Source: Anthoceros angustus
Taxonomy: Eukaryota > Plantae > Anthocerotophyta
Length of the DNA stretch: 64,000 nucleotides
NCBI GenBank assembly: GCA_010909165.1
Contig: VJWM01000044.1
Coordinates: 2,170,001-2,234,000 of the forward strand
Direction: 5' to 3'
Shown here: positions 12,259-23,118 of the stretch, one piece after another
How positions within the stretch are numbered: position 1 is the stretch's first letter
How the letters are laid out: every line of letters starts with the position of its first letter
Notes under the pieces: generated by a model
What the model was told of the DNA's origin: nothing
What the model saw: the letters and a program-made list of their open reading frames with translations, nothing else
Database searches by the model: none
Made by a program: the position numbers and the translations under genes

Positions 12259-13005
12259 CTAGAAAAACAGGAGGCAGAGGATAACAAAGACCCCGAGCAG
12301 CAAGAAAATCCTTGATAAAAAAGCGTCACTGGTCTGTTCAGGCACTACTTGGGGAGCAGCATGCATATGACTTCCAGACAGGCCTGGAGCAGCCCCCAAG
12401 TGAATACCATGCGCTCCACTGAAACCAGTCCCCTGAAACCCGTGGAGCTGCAAGCCAAATAGAGAGGGGAAGAGCCCAAACCCAGCTGACAAAGTAATGT
12501 TCCCAAAGCGGGCACTGGCTGTAGGTATTGCCGGGCCTGCCATGAAGTTAAAACCATGTGGATGAAAGTCATGCTCAGAGGGCCGGACAGTATCCGGCCT
12601 CTGGCCAGCAGGTCGGTGAGGAATGTTCACCCCAGGGACAGCTTTGGTCCTGGGATCGACAGTACCAACCTTCCCGCGTCCATACAGCGGGATGACCTTC
12701 TCCTCCTCCACACCCGCTTTGCAGACGGGACACTCTTGGAGGATGGAGTGCAAGTGGAGCCAGCGATAAAGACACGGCCAGCAGAAGAGATGGCCGCAGA
12801 GGGTCACCACTGGATCTTGCGCCAGCTCCAGGCAGATGTTGCAATCGAAGCTTCCTCCATCGCCGCTGCTGGAGGCCGCTCCAGCTGATTCTCCTCCCAC
12901 GGGCTCCTTCTCCTCGCGCCCTGCAGAACTGGAGGCCGCCACTGCCCCCGGGAACATGGTGCTCACATCCACATACTTCCTTTCCCCGCTCGGCGAAGGA
13001 TCCAT
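12259..13005 (-). CDS. RMA1: RING-HC E3 ubiquitin ligase, RMA1/RNF5-like, 248 aa
   Basis: FDCNICLELAQDPVVTLCGHLFCWPCLYRW...CPVCKA...VIPLYGRG, IPHRPAGQR, and a C-terminal tail anchor (IFLLLGVFVILCLLFF). Confidence 0.92.
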   Translation of the reverse strand: MDPSPSGERKYVDVSTMFPGAVAASSSAGREEKEPVGGESAGAASSSGDGGSFDCNICLELAQDPVVTLCGHLFCWPCLYRWLHLHSILQECPVCKAGVEEEKVIPLYGRGKVGTVDPRTKAVPGVNIPHRPAGQRPDTVRPSEHDFHPHGFNFMAGPAIPTASARFGNITLSAGFGLFPSLFGLQLHGFQGTGFSGAHGIHLGAAPGLSGSHMHAAPQVVPEQTSDAFLSRIFLLLGVFVILCLLFF

Positions 13006-13902
13006 TACCGGTCAAACCTCTTCGTTTCCCTTCCTTTCCCTGCAACGACTGATCACGCACCTCTGCGGTGTGCAGACTCAGATCCTTCACGGAGCGATCT
13101 GATAGGCTGCCTGTTCTCAATCGTTCTCAATCGCTGATCGCCAATGCTTGCATGTTACCCTGGCCGCCCGCAACAAATGTCCGCTTCTGGAAAGCCCCTT
13201 GCCGCCGATCCAGTCACAAGAAATGCCAGGTCCAGCTCAAGCCGGGCACGCCACAATTACTGCCTCACTCGACCTAACTAGCGTGCCGATCATCCGGAAA
13301 CCACCGCCAGTCCCTCCGATTCAGTTAGCGAATGCCGGCAGCGCCGTCGGCAGCGGGGAGACGCAAGTAATTCCTATGCAGCCCGCTCCGTGCTAGCGAG
13401 TCACCCTGCTTGCCCACGCGCTCAGTCCCGCAACCCTTCCTTGCTCTGCAACACAACAGTCCAACAGCGTCGGTGATCCGCCAAGCTTCAGTCTGACCAC
13501 CTGCATCAAGGGCACCTCCAACCACTGAATTTCCCTTTCCCTATTTCCACAAATATTTCGTAAACTGTGCCAGCAATTTCGTGGTAAGGGACAACCCTCA
13601 CCACTTATATAATAATAGGGTGCCAACGATTCGAGGCGAAGTCCGAAAAGACGCGTGGATGGCCATCTACACTACCTAGGTACGGAAAGCAGGGATATTT
13701 CTAGACTTATTATGGTGATATAAGATCTATGATTTAATATATAATTTAATATTTATTAATAAATTGACCAGTATCGCGAAAGCACTCAACTAGGTTTCCA
13801 ACTAGATCCCCTAACTCCAAGACCAACACTTCACTTGAGTTCATATTATATTTGAAAGTATATATTAAAAATATTAGTTGTGTATGTCTAACATTGTCTC
13901 TA

Positions 13903-15018
13903 AGGACCCCTATGGACCGGCAAATCGCCTGAACTAACACCCGTTCAGTTTCATAGTTCAGTTACACAAACCGTGTACCAACAGACAGTTCAACTCCAAC
14001 TTGGACATTTCACTTTCGAGATTGCATTAAAGTGTTAAACGAACTGTAGATGACAAACCATGATCCCACGAACAGGCCATCGAACTCAATCGGATACAAA
14101 TTACCCCAAGTCATTCGTTTGAGACCAGGGTTCGGTCTTCATTTTTTGGCATTTATTCCATTGTATCCGAGGCCAAATCTCAACTCATTTTTGCTTGCAG
14201 GGTTTTGTGCCCAACATCTCGACAAGTCAGCCAGTTCTCAATTTGTCTAAACATATTGGTGCTGAAGATGGAGAGGCTCATACCTTCAAGACCGATGGAG
14301 CCACTAACTAAGTTGTTGATCATGTTGCTTTTACAAACTTGTATGGTCATATTGCAGATATATATATATATTCGTAAGCTTATGTTTGGCTACCAAAGGC
14401 CATTTGGCTATGTTGTGCTAGGATTTAAACAGAGAAAGATGTCGAATGATGATGATGATGAGGTTCTACGTTCAGGCAAGCATCTCTTCATGTATGTGAA
14501 TCAGTCGCACAACATGGTAGTAGGAAAGTATATCTCCTTGTGCTAAGATTCAGGTTGGTGGGTAAAAAAAAGAAGCAACGCAAGGTTTTGGCGATTTTTG
14601 ATAAGCAAGTATGTAGATTGGGATACTTTAAGATGGAAGAGATTGATGGGAATGAACCTTGCTAGGAGCTCGCAGAGCCCGCATAATGGTAAGAGATTAG
14701 TTCGGTTTGAATTAGTTCGGAGATCGAACTGAACCAGTGCAAAAAACCCAAGGTTCGACAAACTACGAGGTTAAAATGCGTAGTTCTACGGTGTACATGT
14801 TACATTTTGAACACCAGCCCTTTCATCTCGTACAAATTTCTCCTTCGTATGTCAGTGGTGGGCGGGCTCATGGTGGGCGGGCTCCTTATGTCAGCAGACA
14901 GACTGCTGCGTTGGATCCTGTACGGGTATCGGTTCGATTTAGTTCTGTGCTAACGTGGGTTTGAACTGAGTTGAACTAATCAAACGGCCTTTGCGAACTG
15001 CCAATCCGTAGGGGTCCG
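13903..15018. mobile_element. Non-autonomous TIR element (~1.1 kb, PIF/Harbinger-like MITE)
   Basis: ggacccctatggaccggcaaatcgc (13904) is an imperfect inverted repeat of gcgaactgccaatccgtaggggtcc (ending 15017). Flanks are cta/tta. No coding capacity. Confidence 0.5.
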
Positions 15019-15502
15019 TTAACTTACATGGGAATTTCCTCTTTCTAGGTGGAAATCCAACACTAGCACTTATTTCTCACTTCTTTTCCAAGGTCCTACG
15101 AAATTATTCTGCGAGATACCACCAAAGTTAATATGATTCTCACTCCGGCTTCATTTTGCACAAAGTTTATGGAAAAATATAAAATATTATGGTTACAAAT
15201 TCAAAATATATTTATCATTTATATTTTATGATATATCTCTTGAAGAACATATATTTATTGATATTTTGGTAGTTCTCCTTGTCAAACAAGTATCTTTACC
15301 GGGTTCAAATAAAGGAAGGAAGATGATAGTACAAATTGTTGCTCGTAATTTATGCTAAGTGGGTGCGCCGGATTTCAGAGAGTTTCTTTGTGCAAGATCA
15401 CTCTTGTTTATGCTCGACTGAACAAGACGACCCTTGTAAGAATTCGTTCTCACATAGTTAGTAGTAGATACATATAGGTAAAAAGATATAGGTGTCTGTA
15501 TA

Positions 15503-17280
15503 TTACACATGTTTCTGAGATATATACGCAAATTCTCCCGGAGTTGACCAATGACAAGTGCTGTGTTCACCTGGCTTCCCTCCTAAAACTTTGAAAGAAA
15601 TGTGTGTGGACGACCATTGACTTGTATCAGTATGACATACAACTATATTAGTAGCAACAAATCCTGATGGTTTAAAAGGTTGTAATGTAACTTTGAATAA
15701 TTTGGTTTTTGGAATGTAATGACACATTTCCACTCTGTATGGAAATAACAACGCATGACAAATGGCGTATTTGGATTCCACATCATTTAAGAGTTCCACG
15801 CTGGTCACCTTATACTTTTCATCCGTGGGAATCTTGTTGCCTCTTATAAAGGATGAACTACCTAGTGCTGTTAATCCATATTTGCTAGCTGGCATCACAG
15901 AAACAATAAATTCTGCCATTGCTTCCAAAGACGTTATGCATTTTCTAACTTCTCCCAATTGCAATTTTGCATCTCGATTACATATTGAAGGAATCACTCG
16001 CATGTTTTTGGCCATAGGTGAATCATCAAAAATATGTAATTGTTTAATAATGTGAGTTACATTCAACTCCGTGATATTTCCAAATGTGTCAGCAATCACT
16101 CGTGGCAGAAAGGGGATAGAGAGTAAATGTGCCAGCTTTAACGAGAATATTGATTTTGGTGCTGCAATTCTTTTTGAAGCAGTGGTTTGGTTCACAAGAT
16201 CAGTTTCATGAAACCATGATAATTTATCATTTTCTGTCACATGATATTCAGAAATCACATCCCCATAAGTTGTACGAGACCTTTTTTGTTCATCAATTTT
16301 GACCATGTCGTTATAAGCCGATGGGCCATGGTTTTCGTCCTTGATCTTTGATAGGCCATTGTTAAGTGTTTGATCTTGTTTTGTGTTATGCTCTTTTGAT
16401 ATCAACTCCTCGAAGATAAAAACCCTCTCCCCATCACCATCTTTGTATGCTGCCCGTCCTCTTTTTTGCTCATTAATCTGCTGGTTCTTTGATATAAAGT
16501 CACCGTTCTTTGAAATAAAATCATCAAAGTTTAAATCCCTTTGAGGATCATCATCTTTATATGCTGCCCGTCCTCTTTTTTGCTCATTAATCTCCAAACT
16601 ATCATTCTCTTCTGAGATTACATCGCCATAGGCCGATCGAGATCTTTTTTGCTCATTAATCTCCAAACCATCATTTCCTTCTACAAAATATGCCGATCGT
16701 CCCTTCTTCTCTTTATTAATATTAAAGTTTTTATCATTATTGGCTAACGGTTCTTGTTTTTTTTCATTTATTTTTATCAGCGAAGGAATATATGTCAAAA
16801 AGCTTTTATCAATACACAATAGCCTTGCCGATAAACATAACTCAATTGCAATACTTTTATTTGATATTAATTCATCAGTTTGAATGATTCTACTAAACCG
16901 TTTTACATCAAAAGTTGAAAGAGGGGATATGATACGGAACCAACTTTTAGGTGCATATGTGGTAATAAAGGTATTATCCCAAAATTTCAAGACGTCTAGA
17001 TTCTTGCCTTCCACAAGATATGCATCACGTTGAACATTGTGTGGCATGTCCAAAGCTTGTACTTCGCGTCCTTGAGCTCCAATCACACAACACATCTGAA
17101 AGTGAACATGTTATATGATGTCACCAAAAGTGGGTAAGTATTCTATTTTGTTTTAATCACTGAAAAAGAAAGTATATTTGTTGAAAAATGTTGGTTACGT
17201 AGCAATGCATTAATGGAAGTGTGTACTCCGCTACTTACCATAAATATTGGGAAGAGGATGCACCATTTGATACTTGTCAT
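15503..17280 (-). CDS. Secreted BURP-domain protein with tandem K[R/K]xRxxY repeats; exons 17239-17280 and 15503-17095, ~544 aa
   Basis: Exon 1 MTSIKWCILFPIFM|gtaagt splices to ttcag|MCCVIGAQG, giving a signal peptide. A PG1beta-like pro-region follows (FWDN...SPLS...LCLSARLLC), then the repeat region, then a BURP domain starting WFHETDL with CH-x10-CH-x27-CH-x25-CH-x8-Y. Confidence 0.92.
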
Positions 17281-18543
17281 TACTATGAAGTATAAGTAAA
17301 AAAAAAAAGAAAACCAATCTATGAAGTCACTCTTGTTTGTTCAAAGTGAACAAGTATACTAACAAAAAATATGTCAATAACCAACGGTAAATGTTAGCAA
17401 CTCGAAGAAGAACAGATCAATATGCAAGGATTGAAGTTGCATTTGAGGAGAGTTGTGATTAAATAACATGAAAATATCGTTCAACATACTATTGATACTT
17501 TTATATTAAATAATTATCTTTATACTAATCGCGTGGCTGGGCACTACCACTTAGTAGGAATAATAGCACCTAAAGACAACACAAGATCAAACATTCTCAA
17601 CGATTACAAAACTTGTGTCACTACATTAACAAAATACTTCTTCCACGCATAATGTAACACAACACGTAACCTACAAATTTGAGAAGAATAATTGGTGGAC
17701 TGCACAAAGTATCAAACATTCAAGACATATTCTTTTTAGAGAGATCAGAGTAATAAAACTTCTGAATGTTAATGTACATGATATTAATATAATATAATAT
17801 TTTTAGATATTAGAATCAGTTTTAGATATTTTATGGAAAAAATATTTTTTAAACTAAAATAATTATACTTTAATTATATATACTATTAGACCACATAATG
17901 GAATATAAGTTTAATGTGCCTAAGGTGGTAGGTTTTGTAGGTAGCGTGAAAGAAAATGGGTCCGCTATACGTACATACTTGGTCTGGAAGGTCGTAGCAG
18001 TAGGTTGAAGAAAGTGGGTCCGCTATACGTACAGACTTGGTCCGGAAGGTTGTGGGAGTAGGAGGGTTCGAGGCAAGGTGCGAGAGGCAAGAGGCAAACG
18101 CGTCGCGCTGCCCTGACTCTTGCGGGTCTTTCCCCTGCAGGCACGTAAGCTCGCTGCCCGAGAGCCTGGATCTGCCGGGTCACGGCGAGGCGTGGCGACA
18201 GCGTGCAATTCGCAGCGGCCAGCATCGCAATTCGCATCGAGCTGGTGCGGGCGCGGAGCCCATCGGAGAGCCTGTGCCGGCGTGTAGGTCTGGGCAGCTC
18301 GGATGCGGGGCTTGCAGTACCAGCAGCAGCAGCAGCAGTAGCGGTAGGGCAGGATGGGGAGCTGGCGTTGCGCCTAGAGATGGAGCAGGACAGGGCGGCA
18401 TGCAGGCCTGGACAAAGGGCCCGGAGGGCTTGAGCGGGCCACCTGGGAGGCGAGCGGGTTGGGAGGCCGGGGGAGGCAGGGTTGTGGCTGCTGGTGGAGG
18501 AGGAGCAGGAGCAGGAGCAGGAGGAGTTGGTGCTGCTGCCACC

Positions 18544-19829
18544 ATGCCGTCGGCGTCCCCGACCCAGTCGTCTCATGCCTTCATGCAGTTTCTGAATTCG
18601 GTGTTGTCGCAGAGAGGGCCGCAGTCGTTGCCCTACGAGGAGGAGGTGAAGTTGACAATTCGGCAGCATCTTGTGCAGGTGATCCAGGATTTCCCGGGCT
18701 TGCAGGTGAAGACGGCCATGTTCACGCACAATGACGGCCGCAACGTGAATCTGCTGCAAGCGGACGGCACCATTCCCATGTACTACCAGGATGTGAAGTA
18801 CAACATCCCTATCACCATGTGGCTTCTTGAAGCGTATCCCAGGAACCCGCCCTTGGTGTATGTGTCTCCCACCAGGGACATGATCATCAAGCCGCGCCAT
18901 CCGCACGTGGATGCCTCCGGGATGGTGTCGGTGCCGTATCTGAATCAGTGGCTGTACCCGCGCTCCAACCTGGTGGAGCTGGTGCAGAATTTGTCTCTCT
19001 TCTTCGGCCAGGATCCGCCGCTCTACTCCCGGCCCCCGGGGGCCCCTTCCCGCCCTCCTCCCCCGGCCCCGGCCCCCTACCATGGCATGAATCCCATGCT
19101 CGGGGCGGGCCTTATGTAAATTCTTCCTCCTCCTGCCCTCCTCCCTCCCACCCGCCCCTGGGCCACCACGGGAGTGCCTCCCAGATCAGACCCTACCCTC
19201 CCTACACCTCCTCCCTCCAGCAGCAGCAGCAGCAGCAGCATCAACAGCAGCAGCAGCAGCAGCAGGCGGCTCCCCCGCAGGACCCTGGGGAGGTGTTCAA
19301 GAGGAACGCGGTGAGCTCGCTCACGGCCAGGCTGCAGCGGGACGCGGAGGAGCTCATCAAGGAGAGGGAGCGGGAGATGGAAAACCTGTTCAACACGCAG
19401 TCCGTGCTGAACCGCAGGGCGGAGGAGATCGACAAGGGGGTGCGGGAGCTGCAGCAGGAGAAGGAAGGGCTGGAGGCCCAGCTCCAGGTGCTGCTCACCA
19501 ACACGGATGTGCTGGAGTCGTGGCTCAGGCAGAACGACAAGGGGTCGCAGGACATAGACATAGACCATGTGTTCGAGCCTGCCGACGCCCTTTCCAAGCA
19601 GCTGTTGGAGTGCACTGCTGCCGACTTCGCCGTGGAGGACATCTTCTACTCTCTAGACAGGGCTGCCCAGGAGGGTGCCATCCCCGTAGACCAGTACCTG
19701 AAGCATGTCCGGAGCCTGGCTCGTGAGCAATTCTTCCACCGAGCTACTTGTGTCAAGGTGAAGCAAGCGCAGGTATCACAACAAGTTGCGACCATGGCAG
19801 CTCGGGCTAACCCGCACTTTGTCCTGTAG
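18544..19829 (+). CDS. ELC: ELC/TSG101/Vps23 (ESCRT-I) copy 1; a single-base frameshift near 19101-19110 splits it into two ORFs
   Basis: UEV domain ([38 protein letters not shown]...[11 protein letters not shown]), Pro/Gln linker, coiled coil and steadiness box ([11 protein letters not shown]). Adding one base, as present in the paralog at ~54351, restores a 428-aa ORF. Confidence 0.9.
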
Positions 19830-20171
19830 ACCTACCTCCCTCCCTTATGCTTCTGTGTTGCACTTGCCCTTGCCCTTGCCCCAAATTTTACTTGTGTTTG
19901 CTGCTACATGTTTTGACATTCTTTCACAATATTGATTAGGCTAGTTGGTGGGGGGGGCGCCATCCTCTTTGTTTCTCTGTGCTTCACGTCAGGCACATAG
20001 GCACATAGGGGATTGTTTTCACACCAGAAAACGCAGCAGCTCACTGAGTTTTGCAACCAGCATCGCCGATGCTTATAGCAATAAAAGTGGTTGGCGGCCA
20101 CAACACCTGTTGTCCAGGAGAATTAGATGAAGTCCTTCTTTTCCTTCTTCCAGCTTTCTCATCAGATGCTG

Positions 20172-20310
20172 CTCTGTTCATTCCTCCACTGCAATGGAGG
20201 CTCTGTCCATTCCTCCACTGCAACGGAGGCTCTGTTCAGTCCTCCACTGCAAAGGAGGCCCTGTTCATTCCTGCACTGCGAAGGAGGCCTTGTTCATGAC
20301 TCCGCTGCAA
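20172..20310. repeat. 29-bp tandem repeat (ctctgttcattcctccactgcaatggagg), ~4.7 copies, in the ELC1 3' region
   Basis: Consecutive units. The paralogous ELC2 3' flank (~55361-55385) has only one unit. Confidence 0.9.
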
Positions 20311-20606
20311 TATGCCCTCCCCTCGTTGTCTCTACGTTTCGGTTTCCTACCGTTGTTTTCCAGCAGCCAACTGGCAGGTATTGGTTTTAACCTCCATTAA
20401 ATTTATCTATTATACTGAATCATACATTTTTTTCACTTCAAATATAGAAGTGTACAGGTAATTTCCCTCCTCTCGGAGTTTTCCTTTCAGGCCCTGCGGA
20501 GTAACCCCCTGCAGCACATGGAGTCAGAATGTGGCAAGCAGCAACGTCACATCGATCTCTCCTCATCCGAGGAGAGCCAGATTTCTCCCAGAACAGACCT
20601 TTAATA

Positions 20607-20650
20607 GAGGTGCTCGTAGGTTGTTTGACCAAACAACCTGCGAGCACCTC
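20607..20650. repeat. 20-bp-stem hairpin made of PPR coding sequence
   Basis: gaggtgctcgtaggttgttt-gacc-aaacaacctgcgagcacctc. The arms match 21153-21171 of the PPR fragment. Confidence 0.85.
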
Positions 20651-20928
20651 AGAGAACCTTTAAACAAGACAAGACATATAGCCTTCAAAAGTATCTCGTA
20701 CAAGATACACTAGCATTATAATGGCTTTGATGTGGCACGATATTAGGCCCCCACATAGCCTATAGTGCTCTGACGATTCGCAAATCACCCTTGTGTTACT
20801 AATTCTCACTTAGCATACATAATAGGACAAAGCTCTCTTCTCGTTCTCCGTCCACCTAGCACTCCACAATGCTCTCGAAGCAATCTAGCCCTTTGTAATG
20901 CTCTCTATACAAGCTAACTCTCCACAAT

Positions 20929-21177
20929 CAGCATACTCTCAGCATGGAGATGGCCAGGAGGCACTCCAACTTTTGTGGCAAATGCAGCAGGGAGGCATGA
21001 AGCCGGATAAGGTATCATTGGTGAGTGCTTTGAAGGCTTGCTCAATCTTAGCAGCCTTAGACCAGGGTACGATTATTCATACATACATCACAGAACGTGG
21101 GCTTGGCTCAAATCATGGGCAACATTCTATATTCCAAGTGTGGAAATACAGAAGGTGCTCGCAGGTTGTTTGACCAA
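20929..21177 (+). pseudogene. PLS-class pentatricopeptide repeat (PPR) gene fragment
   Basis: SAYSQHGDGQEALQLLWQMQQGGMKPDKVSLVSALKACSILAALDQGTIIHTYI, then a frameshifted YSKCGNTEGARRLFDQ. There is no start and no continuation. Confidence 0.85.
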
Positions 21178-21322
21178 TTGTCTCACCGGGATCTTGTGTT
21201 AGGTAATTGTTAGGTAAATCTGCAAGATAATCAGGATACAGGTGCCTAGTAGCCCACGCACCATCAGGGATTGTTTTCCTATGTAATCCCGCCATAGATT
21301 GCGGTTGAGATGATAAATGTGG

Positions 21323-23118
21323 AGGGCCTGGCCACCGACGAGGAGGCGGTCTTAGGGTTTCAATCTCTGGCATAGCTGCTGTGACAATTGCTATCAGAGC
21401 CACGTTTTTTGTTCAGGACGATGGAGTCGCCAACACACGCATCGACCGAGCAATTCTGAGACCTTGACCTGCCGTGGTTCGGAGATTGGCAGAGTTGTTG
21501 GCCTTGTTTAGATGGATCATGGTGGAATTCCATAGCCACCATCGAGGCCAATTCGACATTTGCTCTTACGGCTTGGAATTGGCGTCGTTCCACGTGAAGG
21601 ACGCCATATGGGATATTGTGGGTGGGCTCCTTCTCGGCTATTTATATAATGCATTTGCAACTCCCAGGGCCGGCTGGGACTCTCAACATGGGGGCTGGAG
21701 CGGTACTTTTTGGTGGTCGAAGTCCCTCTGTCACGGCAACGGTGTCGATGGTTGTCCCATAGTGATTACCCGGTCCACTTCTAAGCAGCTGCCGCCTTAG
21801 TACTTGAGAGCGGGAGCCGGCACGAGACTAGGATGAGTGAGTCCGGATCGACGGAGGCTTGCAGGCTGGCAGCCTCCCACGAGGCGGATTCTTGAAAGAC
21901 GGTTGAATCGAGGTTACTGCAGAGGCTGCAGTAAAACCTTACCATCGAGTGACGGGTCCTCGACATGGATAAGAGGGCTTGGGCCGTGTGAAGGCTGCAA
22001 AGCCCGAGTATCTGGATGAGAGGGAAGAACCTGGGCAGGTTGATCGGTGGATTAATTAGCTGAAGAGGTACATTCGACACTTCAAGAATTATAAGGGTGC
22101 TTTCACAATGTGTGTTACAATGCCTTTACAATGTGATTTAGGAACATGTTGTAATGCAAAGCGTTGTGGTGCATGAGACTCTATAAACGTTGTAAATGTG
22201 GGGCCTGGCCACCGACGAGGAGGCGGTCTTAGGGTTTCAATCTCTGGCATAGCTGCTGTGACAATTGCTATCAGAGCCACGTTTTTTGTTCAGGACGATG
22301 GAGTCGCACAACCTGCATCAGCCCCGGAGCAATTACAGAGACCTTGACCTGCCCGTGGTTCTCGGAGATTGGCAAGAGTTGTTGGCCTTGTTTAGATGGA
22401 TCATGGTGGAATTCCCATGGCCACCATCAGGAGCGAATTTACGACAGCTGTTCTCTTACGGCTTGGAATTGGCGTACGTTCCACAGGAAGGACGCCCATA
22501 TGGGATATTGTGGGGTGGGCTCCTTCTCGAGCAGCTATATAACAGGCATTTGCAACTCCCAGGGCCGGCTGGGACTCTCAACATGGGGGCTGGAGCGGTA
22601 CTTTTTGGTGGTCGAAGTCCCTCTGTCACGACGACGGTGTGCGATAGTTCTGTCCCATAGTGATTACCCAGTCCCGCCTAAGCACGCTGCCGCCTTGGCC
22701 TTAGTACTTGGAGAGCGGGAGCCGGCGCCGAGACTAGGATGAGTGAGTCCGGGATCGACAGGAGAGGCTTGCACAGCTATTGGCAGCCTCCCACGAGCGG
22801 ATTGCGGCAGAACAAGCTTAAGTTGAAGGATTGCTGGGAGGTCGGCAGCAGCCCTTTGCAAAATCGAGGGCCGGCGGGTCCTCGACATGGATAAGAGGGC
22901 TTGGGCCGTGTGAAGGCTGCAAAGCCCGAGTATCTGGATGAGAGGGAAGAACCTGGGCAGGTTGATCGGTGGATTAATTAGCTGAAGAGGTACATTCGAC
23001 ACTTCAAGAATTATAAGGGTGCTTTCACAATGTGTGTTACAATGCCTTTTACAATGTGATTTAGGAACATGTTGTAATGCAAAGCGTTGTGGTGCATGAG
23101 ACTCTATAAACGTTGTAA
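21323..23118. repeat. ~0.9-kb tandem duplication of unclassified (probably TE-derived) sequence
   Basis: The unit starting gggcctggccaccgacgaggagg occurs at 21323 and 22201. The first copy has many small deletions relative to the second. Confidence 0.85.

Noticed and set aside
17525-17556. Helitron-like 3' hairpin upstream of the BURP gene
   Set aside because: The stem is weak, the end is TTAG rather than CTRR, and no 5' end was found.
18037-18543. N-terminal extension of the 360-aa ORF upstream of ELC1
   Set aside because: It starts at a non-ATG codon in GC-rich, low-complexity leader sequence. The ATG at 18544 has good context and matches the ELC N-terminus.
17965-19083. Long antisense ORFs over ELC1 and ELC2 (372 aa; 303 aa at 53865-54776)
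   Set aside because: Shadow frames caused by high GC3 in the sense genes, with no recognisable domains.
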